Positions 35,401-48,380 of a stretch of DNA of 64,000 bases are shown here, piece after piece. The position numbers and the translations under genes were made by a program. The stretch lies in assembly GCA_965113315.1 (NCBI GenBank), contig OZ220364.1. One strand, written 5' to 3'. Origin of the DNA: Podarcis vaucheri (taxonomy: Eukaryota). Position 1 is the first letter of the stretch. Every line of letters begins with the position of its first letter. The notes beneath the pieces were generated by a model. The model was not told the origin of the DNA and ran no database searches. It saw nothing but the letters and a program-made list of their open reading frames with translations.

Positions 35401-36850
35401 CTGTTTCTTTCTTATTAATATTATTGAGAAAACTGGGACAAAATGGATGATGACAGCGCTACCGGCTTAAGCGGTTTCATCGGACTGCTCTGTCCAAAGG
35501 AGGCAAAGCACAGGCTGGAGACAACGGGAATGGCGTTAGACTGAAGCCTACAGTTTTCAGTTCTTTAAGGTACCTTTTTGGAGAAATAGGTAGGCGTCCT
35601 CCACATTTAGCCGCCTAACAACACAGACACCCATATGTGCTCTGTTCATTGCACATAACTGGGGGGGGGATATATAGATGTCTCTCACACACACGCGCCC
35701 CCCCCCCCAATCTATTGCACATAATTGTGACTGGGTACCTATTAGATTCAAAGCCACTCACAGGCAGAGGATGCCTCTTCTTTTACAAAGGTTAGAGTTT
35801 GTAAAGGGGAGGGGTGATATGCCAAAAGGGTGATAATGGGATGGGGGACGTCTCAAAACTCTGGATATGGGGGGGGCAGGAGGAAAGCGGAATAAAGACA
35901 AGGAACGATGACACAGCCATGGGAAGCAGACCTAAATATAAGGCTTGCAAGGGCGGAGAATGAGCGGGGCGGGGGGACACACAGAGGCATTTTAAGGACT
36001 AGACGGCATCCTTTGCAGCTCGTAAAGGCGAAGCATTCCTGCCACCGGCCATGACCATGAACGCCGGGACGGGGAGCCACGTGGTGACAATTGAGTCTGG
36101 CCCAGGAAAACGTTGCCTTTGTCATAAAATTAATCCCCTCCGATATAAAAACGAATGAAGCAAAGCCTGTCGTAGCAAAACTCGCCGCTTAGACCGTCTT
36201 GACCCCCCTCACCCTACTTTGCTGTTGTGGCTCATTTGTCTCTTCGTCCAGTTCCCGGCCGCTTCCCACCCCCGCGCCCCGAGACATTTTTTTTTTTTAA
36301 AGTATGCAATTAGGAAACCAGCAGAACAGAACGAGAATAGGTGCCTGGACCCCAATGGAATAAGTACCAGGAATATCAAGGGATCTTATTCCCAAGTCAA
36401 TCATTTAACGGGCTGAGAGGGAGAAAGATTCCTGTCGGGTTACTTCCACGGTTGCAGCAACCCTTGTCTCCCGTCTCCCGGCGCGCCTTCCTCCCCGCAT
36501 TGAGTGGGAATTTAAGGAATGGGAGTTTATGCAATGCCCAAGCCTGGCAGAGCTATTAGGAAATCTAATGGTTGTCTGAGGCAGGAGCTGACCGGCAAGG
36601 CAATCCGCTCTGCGCTTCCCCTTGCCTGCTCTGGGACTGTTCTACACCGGGGGAAGTACAAAGGGGAACCGGCGGTGGGGGTGGGAGTTAGACGGATGAA
36701 TGGATGCGTTGGGCAGAAATTACCGTATATCCCCCAAAGAAGAATGCGTGTGTTTGTGTGGCTGTAGTGGGGGGGGGGAATAAGGCGACACACCTCATAA
36801 ATGTTCAGAGTCATCAGCTGCTGCCTATGAAAAATCAGGAATGAAAATAA

Positions 36851-36891
36851 GTGTGTGTGTATGTGTGTGTGAGAGAGAGAGAGAGAGAGCG

Positions 36892-36922
<31 letters not shown>
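36851..36922. repeat. Compound microsatellite (GT)n(GA)n(GC)n(AC)n
   Basis: Read directly from the sequence. Confidence 0.95.
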
Positions 36923-37381
36923 GGGAGAGAGAGAGAATTATTGATTCTTAAGGGAGAACTGCCGTGATTAAAAATAAAAATCTAACTAAATATGAGGAAG
37001 ATTAAAAGAGGGGAGGGGTGGTGGAGGTAGAGGAGAAACATCTCATTCATTTCGAAAATAGCCACCATTAAAGAAAACGTTTTTAATGCCAGAAGAGAAC
37101 TCTCTATCTTAGAAGGAGGGAAGCTATTAATAGCTTAATTAGCTCCAAGGGGCTGCCACTATAGTTAATGTATAAAAGGGGGCATCCCCCCACCGCCCCT
37201 CGCCACCATCTTGATCATCAATAAACACAGTAGCATAATAAGCGGGACGAGGTCTCCTTCAGTGGAGCTATTATCACAACACAATTTGAAATTATTGTTA
37301 GCGTTCTGTTCCGCTTATGGTGTGGTGGACAGAGGAGACCCATGCAGGCGGCGCGGCTGGACTAGGAACGCGAGAGGTACC

Positions 37382-37458
37382 GCGCAATTCTACACAGGTC
37401 TACTCTGAAGTAAGCCCCCCGCTAAACCCCAGCATGCCAAGGAGTATAGGGTTGCAGC
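37382..37458. mobile_element. Family A copy, internally deleted
   Basis: gcaattctacacaggtctactctgaagtaagcccc...gtatagggttgcagc. Confidence 0.65.
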
Positions 37459-38655
37459 TGTAGCCTCTGAAAAGGTTGTATTTTTATAATACCCTAACAA
37501 GACAAATCATTCCTCGCTTTATGGGGTACTGGATTAACTCGAGGTGGGTTTCTCCCCCCCTTTTTTTGGTGTTTTGCAGCCCAATCATAGGCGTTGTTTA
37601 CTTGAAAGTATTCCCACTAGGTACACTGGGTCTAGGTACAGTGGGCATCCTCAGAAGCGCGCGTGTGGGCACCGCCTGCCATTGGAAAAGCCTTGGGAGT
37701 AGATGTCTACAAAATCCCATCCTCAGCTCGACTTTCCCCCAGAAGAGCATCCGAGTAAAGCACCCATATATTTCCCAACCCCCAAGCACGGGGGACAGCC
37801 AGCTGAACCTCGAAGTTCCACATATTGGACACCCCTATTATTATCGAGATAGATACGCTGCAAACCTCTATCTAGGTACTGAGCTTTTTTCCGCCCAGTG
37901 TGCCCTGAAAATAAACCCTGGCAAACATAAAACACTGGCTCGCCATTCTCCATCAGAATGGTTACGGTTGATTTAAGGTGAATGCCACATCCACTTAAGC
38001 TTTTACTCCAGAGAATGAAAAATCCCAACACACTAAACCGAGATATATATAGGACAGTGACTTTGCTTCCTGGAATGCTCTCTTGCTGAGGACCGGGTTA
38101 CCGACCAAACAAAGCCAAGGCCAAGGCAATGGAGACCCTCCCTCACTCTGCCCCACACAAAACAGGGAACCCTGTTGCTTAGAGGGGAAACCCTACCTGT
38201 GAATGCTCGCACACGCGTAATAAGAGCGAGAGTGTCGGGCTCAAGACTCACATTCACTCAACGACACTGACTGACAAATCTTGGTGAACCATACATTAGA
38301 AAAGCCACGCTGATTGATGAAGGGGGGGGCGGCGGGTTCCTTTCTGCGTATTCACATTTGGTGCTTCCCTAACAGGTCCAGAAGTGGAAGAGAAGCATCC
38401 CACCCCCTCATACTCTCTCAATCACACACTTATAACGTAGACACGCCTGCTGTTGGCTGGCTTTCTTTATCTTTTTTAAGGATACTGACTTTCGTTGGTT
38501 TGTTTTGTCTTAAAGGAAAAAATAATAATAATAATCTAAACTGGCTATTCAAACCAGATCAGGTAAGAGTCCCGGTACCACCAGTTGTGATGAAGAAGGC
38601 CGGAGAGTCTCTGTGGGGTTGTTTTTTTTTACCCGATAGCGGACTTGTCTGAACT

Positions 38656-38894
38656 TTAAAAGAAGGAAAGGGCTTGCTCTCTCAGGAGGAGTCTTTTCTT
38701 TTTCATACGCCGGTTCTGGAACCAGATCTTCACCTGCTGGTCACTCAGGTTTAACCGATCTGAAAGCTCCCTCCTTCTTTGGCGAGTAATGAATTCATTG
38801 ACCATAAACTCCCCTTCCAGCTCCGCTAGCTGTAGTTTAGAATAGGGTTTTCGCTTTTTCCGGGACCTTGTGTGCATCGGGTACCAGGGAGCAC
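38656..38894 (-). CDS. HOXC12: Hox-C12 exon 2 (homeodomain)
   Basis: [78 protein letters not shown]; acceptor tcttAG|GT. Confidence 0.97.
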
Positions 38895-39261
38895 CTAAGA
38901 ACAGCGTGATGGAAAGGAGATTTAAACACATGGAGGGGAAGAGAGATAGAGAAAGAAAGAAACGAAAAGAAAGAGGGGAGCGGGAAACGCTTTAAAAAAG
39001 GGAATGCTTTCCCCCCTCCCTTTTTGACCCCCACACGGCTCGTTATTTAATAATATGAGATACACGTTTCTAATGCGCAATCCAGTAAAGATGCTTTAAC
39101 TTCGAGAGAAAGGAGGATGGGTGGGAAGAAGACCTTTACATCTGCGTTTTAAATTCCAAGCTCCTGGGCTCCTGTGTCAGCACGCACACCACATAAGTCA
39201 TACATTGCAGGTTTTCGGAACTATTAAGATTTAAGGAGAGACCTTTAAAAAACTAGTTAGG

Positions 39262-39263
<2 letters not shown>

Positions 39264-39341
<78 letters not shown>
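39264..39341. repeat. (CT)n(CA)n compound microsatellite in the HOXC12 intron
   Basis: Read directly from the sequence. Confidence 0.95.
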
Positions 39342-40287
39342 CGCTGGACTTTTATAACCGGTGGCAACTTTTGCTTATTTATCTTACAGAAAAATAAGCA
39401 ATCTAAGCTAGCTCTTACAGATCCCGAACAGCCAAAAAGTACCAGCACCACCAGCTAGAATGAATGCTAGAGTGTCTCTGTGGTTACCGTGTAAGACCTC
39501 AAGGCACCAGATGGGCTGGCATGCCTTAGGTATCCGGTTTGGGAGATGTCAGATCTGAAGTTTAAGGACGAGGAAGTCTCTGTCTTCAGAGTCCCAAAGC
39601 CAGATTCTGCAGAGGGAATGAAACATCTCCAGCAGCCAGGGACGCTTCACAGGAGACGAGAACCAACTGGTCCTTGTTCCTGGAAGTGTTTGCTCACCAG
39701 AGGATCAGGCACATAACGGGAAGCTTTATGAGAGAGAGTTTGTTTGGGTTGGGTTTGTTTCTCTCTCTTTTTTTGGTATTTTGGCAAATGGTGTCTCAGC
39801 ATTGCGTGGAGATCTATACTTTTCTTTATAGAAGCTTCCCGGTTTTGTATGGGGATGGGCTGGGATGGCGGGAAGGCGAGAATTGGGTTTTGAAAACCAG
39901 GGCGTTTCTTTCTCTTTTTTTTAATGCAGAGATTGGCACCATCCTTAGAATGGGTTTTTACCCAGGGTGGCTGATCTCACCGGGGACAGAAAACCCGTGG
40001 AAGTTTAGCCCTCCCAGCCCTGCAGCCAGACTTCTACCAAATCTTCCAAATACAATCACACACATTTCATTTCTGTTGCAAAAGCTTCACGCACCCAGTG
40101 GCAAATTGTCCTGCCTGTAGCGTGCCTGTTCGGATTCGGGAGGAGGGTGGAGAGAGAGAGAGAGAGAGAAAGAGAGGCATGAAAATCTGTCTATCTGGGC
40201 CATCGCGATCTCTTTTATGGGATATTTACATGTTTATAGGCTTTTCTTTTAAAAGAAGCAGCACCTAATAAAGCACGAGGCATTTGA

Positions 40288-40306
40288 GTGCTACCCCTAG
40301 TGGCCT
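40288..40306 (-). promoter_or_regulatory. Candidate CTCF motif AGGCCACTAGGGGTAGCAC in the HOXC12 intron
   Basis: Matches CCASYAGRKGGCRS except at two 3' positions; assessed by eye only. Confidence 0.35.
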
Positions 40307-40541
40307 CGGCACAAATAGACATGCTTCAGTCCCAGCTGCTAATTTCATGGAATTTATAACAGCAAGAGTCGCGAGCAGACTTTTTCAAGCGAGAGAGAGC
40401 GCGCGCGCGCGTAAGAGAGAGAAACAGAGAGAAAGAGAGAGAGAACACAAAATAAGAATATAAAAAGAAGAGGCATTGCATAAATTCGCTTTTCTTATTC
40501 GTATATATATATATATATATTTCCTGGTCGCACGTTCTTAC

Positions 40542-41106
40542 CCCCAGCGGAAAGATTGCTTCCTTGGTTGATAGGGGAAACCATTGTGGACGGCTCGCTG
40601 GTGGCGCCCTTATTGCCTTCATTGAGTAAGGAGGAGCTGGAGTCTGACTCCAAAGACTGACAAGAGGGGGGATCGTGGGGCACCGCCTCGGGAGCCGGAT
40701 AGTCAAATTTGCCGAAACTGCCGCTCATTCCATTGGGGATCCCCGATTCGAGAGGCATCAAGGCATTGTCCCTAACCCTCTCTTCCCTTTTGAGGGGAGC
40801 GTTCTCGGAGCACGCCTCCCTATAGTAGCACTTGCTCTCTTCCACTCTAGCTAGGTCGCAGGCTCGGCTGAAGGAAGGGTTAATAGACACGGGGCTGCTG
40901 AGATAGGGCTGGGGGTATCCGTTGCAGGGTTCTGAGGATGCCCAGGGCAGAGAACAGACATTGTCCCTTCTTGGGTAGGAGAGAGACGGCAAGCCGGGCA
41001 GCTGTCCTCCGGAGGCTCGGAAATTGGGGAAATAGAAGGTGTCTCCCGTATGGATGTTCACCAACGGTCCCACAAACCCAGGATTAAGGAGATTATGTTC
41101 GCCCAT
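40542..41106 (-). CDS. HOXC12: Hox-C12 exon 1
   Basis: [55 protein letters not shown]; donor G|GTAAGA. The exon is 565 nt (phase 1) and the spliced CDS is 804 nt, 267 aa. Confidence 0.97.
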
Positions 41107-41174
41107 TTCCGCGGGCCTGACCAAGAGCTTCTAGTTTATTGCTATCTGACATTAAACATAGTTAAACCTAAAGG

Positions 41175-41225
41175 TCCACCCTATTGGTCCGCAGGGGTCA
41201 CGTGGGCGCCAACTTGCGTTGGAGA
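41175..41225 (-). promoter_or_regulatory. HOXC12 proximal promoter
   Basis: GGTCACGTGG (E-box at 41199-41204) and ATTGG/CCAAT at ~41183. Confidence 0.55.
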
Positions 41226-44200
41226 AAGGGTGCCACCCACCTTTAGCAATTTGAGACAAAACAAAACACTAAGTTCTGCCTTTCGGTTTTTTATATGCTT
41301 TTTAAAAAAATCATAAAACATTTTATAAAATAAAACAACGGGCTTTAAGCACTGGCCTGAGAAACCCAAAGCACTGTAAAAAATAAAAAAAATAGCCCCC
41401 CCCTCACCTTAAAGAAATGACACCCTTCTTCCCCAGCTGCTTTTAGGGTCCCTTCAACAGCTGGCAAAATTAAGCAATTTTCTCATTAATTAGCTCCTTT
41501 ATTAACTAAAACAGTTGAAATTTACAATATCTCTCAATAAATTACTATTAGATATTGTGTCATATAAAGTTTACAGGCTCTTTAAGGAGACGAATGAGTC
41601 TAACCGCAACAGGCTCATATTTACAGATGATAGGGCGAAAGAGTTTTTAAATCTCTTCAACATTTCCACCTTTAACAGGGCGGAGTGCGGGGGGCTTATG
41701 CCTCTGCGCCGCCCCCCCAATTCTTTTTATTTATTTATTTTTAAAAAGCAATCCAACAGCCTAGTTAGGGTGAATTTGTCTGTGTTTTTTTCTGGGGGGT
41801 GGGTGGGTGTGCAAACATCGCCACGGCCAATTTCTGAGAGCTTTAAAAAAGGAATGATCACCCTTATGAAAATTAGATACATTAAAACAAAGGGAACTGG
41901 CGGGGGGGGGGCGTCGTTTTATCCGCTCCGCTCACCTGAAATAACAGTGAGGAGGACGCGTTAGCGGACCTTCAATTAGTACCCACTCAAAGTGGGACGA
42001 ATCGGTCCTTTCTTAAGCTCTGAGCTAGAGGAAGGAGAGAGGGAGGGGACCCCGAAAATAAGAGCTGGTTCTGTCTAGGAGAGAGACTGCTGGGGGCGTC
42101 CTCTCCAGAAATCCGATATACTGTGTCAGAGAGATCTCGCTTTGAGAAAGGAACCTTAAAAGGCAATCCCGATTTAGGAATGATCAGAACTAAGCTTCGT
42201 GGAGAACAAAGGGGAGAGAGGTTATCTTATGGGAAAGGGGGGATATATATATATTTATGGGGACTGCATCCCACGCCGACGCCACCCCCCAAAAAAAGAA
42301 GATCGGAGGAATTTTCTCTGCTACCAACTTCCAAGACTACAGAATTCGTCGACAAATTACCGTAAATACTCATGTATACGTAAAAACTGATTTGTCGTAA
42401 GTCTTGTCGAAGGCACCGAACCCTCGACACCGTACCCCGTATAAGCAAACCAACATGAGGAATGGATGGCTACATACCTTTATTTTTATTTTTATTTAAA
42501 CAATAGCAACCTACCCCCTATATTGATGCGCAAAACCCCGGTGTTATTGAAATCCCTCGGAATACATTACCCGGGACTTCCTTTACATTAATGGCTACTC
42601 CCCCTTCTCCCGACACGCTCCGTACTTTAGCTCTGCCAGCTATGTAGGAAGGGGGGAAATCACGTGTTAATCAAATAAACACTTTTCTTTCCTAGTTCTA
42701 TTAAAGGGCCAGCTCCCTAATACCCCAAATTTCCCTTCCAACATGCTCCTCATACACCTATGTGTAAGTGGGCATGCTTTTCGGGCAGATACGTACCTTA
42801 ATGTGAGAGCTTTGCATCCGGCTAAACACTGTTAACCCGTCCTTACTTAAGGTTAGTACATTATTATTATTATTTTTAAAAAAATTCAGGTGCAGTTCCT
42901 TGCACTACTTTGGTTTTAAATGGAGATAGTGCATATCTCTTGACGGAGGAAACCGTTCTACAGCCAGCAAGCGCATGATCGCCGCAGATCGAGTATAAAT
43001 TTGGACCTCTTTTAGGGAAAAATAATAATCGTTCTTTGTTTTAATCATTCTACCTTACATTCTCCAGCAGTCTTCGTGGCTTTGTTCTCTTATCGACACC
43101 GGAACATTAACTTTAGCCTCGCGGAGACATATTAATCCTTCTTTCACTCGCTCTAACAGCGAGGGGAAGAGATAACAGTAGTTGCAGAGGCACCGAGGTT
43201 TTCCATCCAAGAAGACCGTATCGTTTCTATATTATGAGATAACGCCCCACCCTCTTAAGAATAAAGAGAGCGAGCGAGAAACCCAGATTATTCTCGTTGG
43301 CAGCAGGTCTCGAACCATCTTAAAACCCAAGAATAAAAACCTGGTGGTATCTCTCGGTTTAGCTGCAACCGTGTCCACCGCGAGACCTTTTCAACTCTTG
43401 TTGAATTCAGTGGGCTAGAAGCCGGTTGACTCTGTCAAGACCGCAGTCCATAACGTCAGGAAAGCAGGTTCACAGGTACACAGCGTGACACGTTGATATA
43501 TTTCTGGCCGGTTTAACAATGATAAAGCTTTATTAGTATTATTTTATTTGGAAACACCGCCCCTCCTCATTGCACCCTTTGCAGCGGTTCACACTGGAAT
43601 AAATGATGTCGGAGGTCCAAAAGAGGGGTGGGGGGGTGAGTCTCGGTGACGGTGTTTAAAGTCTCCAGGTTTCTGTGATAATCTATTTATTGCCAGTAAG
43701 GATGCCCATTTCGGTGGGAAAATAATGATGATGATGATAATCTGACGGTTATTATTGTCTTTTCTTTTCCTTTTTTAATCCACCCGGTTTACTTGCAGCA
43801 AGAGAATGTAATTACTTTACTGCGGTCCTTAAAATAAAACATTCTAAAGACTCGACTAAGGCTTCTTCATGAATAATTTATATTACTAATCTAGAAGAGG
43901 AAGGGGGGATATGTTCTTTTGGAGGGAATATACATATCAGACTCTTTCTTGAGGGATTCAGGGATTCGTTTTTTCCCAGAGGGACCCAGCTCCATGCATT
44001 TCTACATTCACATCGGATTCCTTTTTTTAAAAAATTACTATCATATCAAATACCCTAGACCTCGCTCCCCCCCCGACATTCAGCAACAGCAGTAGCTATC
44101 GAGGAAAAAAATTAATACTAACAGGCCTGAAATCTACCATGAAGGCATAACGTTAGGTAGGAGAGAAATGTTTCGAAATTTCCCCCCATTGCCTGTCTTT

Positions 44201-44508
44201 AATCTAAAGGCATTTTGGATATTTCTGCAGAACCAGCGGAACGCTCCTTCAATGATCCTTTGAAAATAGGGTGCTCACAGAAAGTCGAATCCGAGCTGAG
44301 ATGGCGCTTGAGCCAGTTCAAGGTCACTGTCTAGTGTATTAAATGGGCTCTACATCTTATGCAAATGACTGTCTTGAAAGAACACCAGCTCTTGCCAGAG
44401 AGAAAGAAAGGGAGACAGAGAGAAAAAAGACCCTCACTGGGATGGGGGGACCGTTGCTCTTCCCCGTCGACTCTTTCCAAAGCTTTGTTCCAATGTTATC
44501 TTCAGCAT

Positions 44509-44647
44509 NNNNNNNNNNNNNNNNNNNNNNNNNNNNNNNNNNNNNNNNNNNNNNNNNNNNNNNNNNNNNNNNNNNNNNNNNNNNNNNNNNNNNNNNNNNN
44601 NNNNNNNNNNNNNNNNNNNNNNNNNNNNNNNNNNNNNNNNNNNNNNN
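44509..44647. other. Assembly gap (N run)
   Basis: Run of N bases. Confidence 1.
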
Positions 44648-45794
44648 AACTTTTCACTTTATTTTTAGATTTCTGCTTCTAGCAGCTCTTTACCACTGCC
44701 TAAATTAAAACCTCCGCAAGCTCATATACTGCCATCCTATACCTGATTCCCCAAAATGTTGTTTAAAATTACATTAAAAATGGACTCAGGAAGACCTGGC
44801 AGTTGCTGCAAAAAATACAATTGAACTTAACCTTCTAGTGGAAAATACTTTTCCCCAACATAAAAAGTATACCGCCTTCTATTTCCCCGCTTCCTTTTTA
44901 ACACCCAATTGACATAGTCTCAACTTCTCTTTTGTGAGTATGTTACCAGGCAAAACCCAAACTCCGCCTGCAGCCCTAATTTAATTGAATGGCTTGATCA
45001 CTAAAATTAAAATTAAAAAATAAACAACACCTCAGACCATCTTCTGACATCTCAAGCATTTCATTCCATCCTTGAAAATGTCCTTTTTGAGACTAACAGA
45101 ATATATTTATTAAGAGTGGACCTTACAAGTGGTCTCTAAAGATTGATAAGGACCACCAATGTTTATGGAAATTATTCTGTTTTAGCTATTTGAGTGTGAA
45201 AGCTTGAATATATCAAATTTGGATAGTTCTTATGAAATGCAGACGGGGAGAAAAGATGGAAGGGAGTAACAGAATGAAATAGATACAGCAAAAGAAATGC
45301 AGAGAGAGTAAATCCTTTGAAAAGCATATATAAAATTAGATTTAAAAGCGTTTTGCATGGACTTAAAATCAAATTAGAAGTTCCGTCTATAGTCTCTCTC
45401 TGTGCATTGAAGAGTTAAATGCTTATGATGCAGCTACATTTTCCCCAACACTGCCAGCAGAGGCTATCATTCTCCTGCTGGATTTATGTAAACAACTGCC
45501 TGCATCTTCAGTGAAGCAAAAGTATATCCCATAGAAGGCGAAGACAAAACAATTATAAGGGTTTCCTTTGTTTGGAGGAATGTTTATCTACATCTGTATA
45601 TCGTCCTGCCTTGCTGTGCAATGTGCTTTTATGGAGCAGAGAAATCAATTTAATTCTAAATACATTGAAACAAATCTCCTTGCTCTCAATTGGGCTCACT
45701 TCCAAGCAGAAAACTTTGGATCTCAATATCCAAAAGTTTTCTCAAACTTTTGTTAAAGGGTGACAAAATAAAGCAATCTAAGGCATCTCTCTCT

Positions 45795-45797
<3 letters not shown>

Positions 45798-45837
<40 letters not shown>
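45798..45837. repeat. (TC)n microsatellite
   Basis: Read directly from the sequence. Confidence 0.95.
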
Positions 45838-45842
<5 letters not shown>

Positions 45843-46304
45843 TCTATGAATTTATGGAACATACTTCACTGGTATGGTGTGCATATCTGACCCTCTTTTA
45901 TTAATAAAACAATTCTAAATGTAATTTCCTGGACTGAGGGTACGAAGGAAGGAAGATGATGAAGAGTACAGCGATTTAGCAACTTACCTCAGCTTATAGC
46001 TTGGTGTGAGAGCAAGCTCCCCCTCCCTCCGTACAAAATAGCAACTTTAAAAACTTTAAAAAAACAACAACTTCAAGTGCAAGTGATACATGACTAGGAA
46101 ATGGGGAAATGGAGGAAAGAGGGGGCGCCTTTTACTATAAAAGGCCATAGTTAAGAAGCTACTCAAAGCACTTAATACAAAGGAAAGAAAAGGCTAAACC
46201 TGGGAAGCTTCCTTTTCATGCCTTTATTGTTGGCCATTAGGCCGTCTGTCTAGACTTGAAATGACACCTTGTTTATCTGTAAACAGAAGCAAGGGACACT
46301 TTGG

Positions 46305-46367
46305 AGAAGATCAGCCCCTGAGTTGCTGCTAGAAGATCAAGTCCTGAGTTGTTGCTGGAAGATCAAG
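46305..46367. repeat. 26-bp tandem repeat, about 2.4 copies
   Basis: agaagatcagcccctgagttgctgct / agaagatcaagtcctgagttgttgct / ggaagatcaag. Confidence 0.85.
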
Positions 46368-48065
46368 GCTCTAGCCTTGTTGAGTATTATGAGCGAAGCT
46401 CGTGATGTCAAGGTCAAATAGGCCGCATAGTCACGGTCAAGGCTAGCCCAGCAGTGACGTTATAGCGTTCCCAACCAACACAAACGACCAACAAACTTAC
46501 TCAGCACAAGGTGGACGGTCCCTGTGCATTCAGGGAGAAATGGGAAGGAGAGGGGACACAAGACCATCTTCCATGACTGTGAAATCCACTGACAACCCCG
46601 CCTCCTAACTCCCCACCCCCAAAAGGTTGAGAATTCCGGGTGCAAATACATTAATTAGATTACAAACAGGTTCCAGGCCCACAGCACTGGTCAATTTTAC
46701 TGGTAGGTTTGTCGGAGACTAGGATTCAGTTTTTTTACAATATCTTTTCTCCTTCCTCTTCTTCCTCACCAATTCTGACTCCCCAAAGATGGTGAAGGTT
46801 GTAGAGACACGAGTGCTTCTTTACGATCACAGGTGCCTGTTAAAGTTTAGAGAAGGAAGGAGAACAAGAGGAAGTAAACTTTATACAGCCGTGAGAAAAG
46901 TAATGGCGGAAACGGACCTAAGAGGGTACCATAACATGATGCAGAAATCTTTTGATTTCCTCGAACCCTGGTCTTTAAGGTATCTCTTTTATTAGGGGAA
47001 GGATAGAAGGGTGGATAGATGGAAGGAGACAAACAGAGACAGACAAACATATATACCCATAGGAGTGTGCGTGTGTGTGCCTGAGCAGACGCTTTATTCC
47101 ATGCACTTTTAGTATTTTTATAAAGTTTCTTCATTTGTGTACATTGACTCTTTAGACGTCCTTGAAGTCCGCAGCCAATGTGCCTGGTGTTGGTGATTCT
47201 GGGACGCACTTCAACGCCCTCAGAATGAGTTGTTTCTGGCTTCATCCATTGATCACTTTCATACAACTCTTCTCCGGATTGCGACACTTAGGATGCAGTA
47301 GGAAGTGAGGTGAGTTCTGGTACAATTCTGCAGCAACACAATTCTGCAGCACCTTAAAAGACACTGTTGCTCAAGCCCTTCGTAGACTCCACTTCTGGAG
47401 ATACTCTCAAGGGGTCACCTAAGTTGTTATATAGGTAATAAACATGGGTATATAGAGGTGCCGAGCGAGTTTTACGAAGTGGGTCTCCCAAAGCTAAGAA
47501 AACTCGAGGCTAGTCCAAGACACAACACATTTCTATGCCGATCACAGATGTACATTTAAAATTATTGGGTGTGTGTGTGTGTGTGTTTAAGTTCAGTAAA
47601 TATGGGGAGAGAGCGATACAGTAGTACACGAAGATCCGATTCCCATATAGGGGATACTATTGAATGGTATGGAAGATGCCAAGAGTCCTCTTCTGGCTGT
47701 AACATCTCGAGTTATTATGAACTCCGAAAGATCAATGAAGCCCCTTTCCAATTAGCCTGGAACGAACTGATAGCGATTCGGGTTTGAGTGAAATAGGACG
47801 GAGAGAGTTGCCACCCCTCCAATTGCAGGGGGCTGGACCCAGGGATGCTGCCCTGTGTCCTTCTCAACTTAACCCAAAGCAAAGTGCTCAACAAGTTCTG
47901 AAGAGGAGCGACTGGATCTGCCAACCTGCTAGTGTGTGAAGTTGGTAGGAGTCGCACCCCGATCTTCAACATACTTAGGTGGAAGTAAGAGTGCTTTTAA
48001 ATATATTCTCGAAGTTAACATTAAAGGAAGATACGTTAATCGAAACCCACAGCATGCAAAGCCTA

Positions 48066-48155
48066 AGGCTGCAATCCTTTGCAAGGTTCTGAGTGAGCCA
48101 CATGGAAATTCACTGGGGATTTGCTTCCGAGTAAGCACACATAGAATTGGGTTGC
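48066..48155. mobile_element. Family A copy
   Basis: ggctgcaatcctttgc...gaaattcactggggatttgcttccgagtaagcacacatagaattg, flanked by TAA and TTA. Confidence 0.7.
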
Positions 48156-48292
48156 TTATTCCTTCAGTCAATGGGTCTGAACTCCCAGTTCATCATTCAA
48201 AAGATCATTTATTTTGGAAGGTTTTAGGGGACTAATTTCCCTTTAAATAATTTGCAGAATGAAGTGGGCACCAGTTTTAAGAAGAAAACCCG

Positions 48293-48380
48293 AGTCTGCA
48301 GTGGTAGACACGCTTACCTAGGAGTGAGTCCCAGTGAACTCAGTGAGTCTTACTTCTGAGTAGACATGGATAAATCAGCT
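48293..48380. mobile_element. Family A copy
   Basis: cttacctaggagtgagtcccagtgaactcagtgagtcttacttctgagtagacatg. Confidence 0.75.

Noticed and set aside
15600-38000. Calling a HOTAIR gene
   Set aside because: Only synteny supports it; I cannot recognise exons or sequence homology by eye.
41107-41124. TTG-initiated extension MVRPAE of HOXC12
   Set aside because: It is a near-cognate start; the conserved protein begins MGEHNLL at 41106.
44343-44708. ORFs spanning N runs (also 60692-61150)
   Set aside because: They are artefacts of the assembly gaps.
46305-46367. CRISPR-like repeat array
   Set aside because: It is a simple tandem duplication without spacers in eukaryotic DNA.
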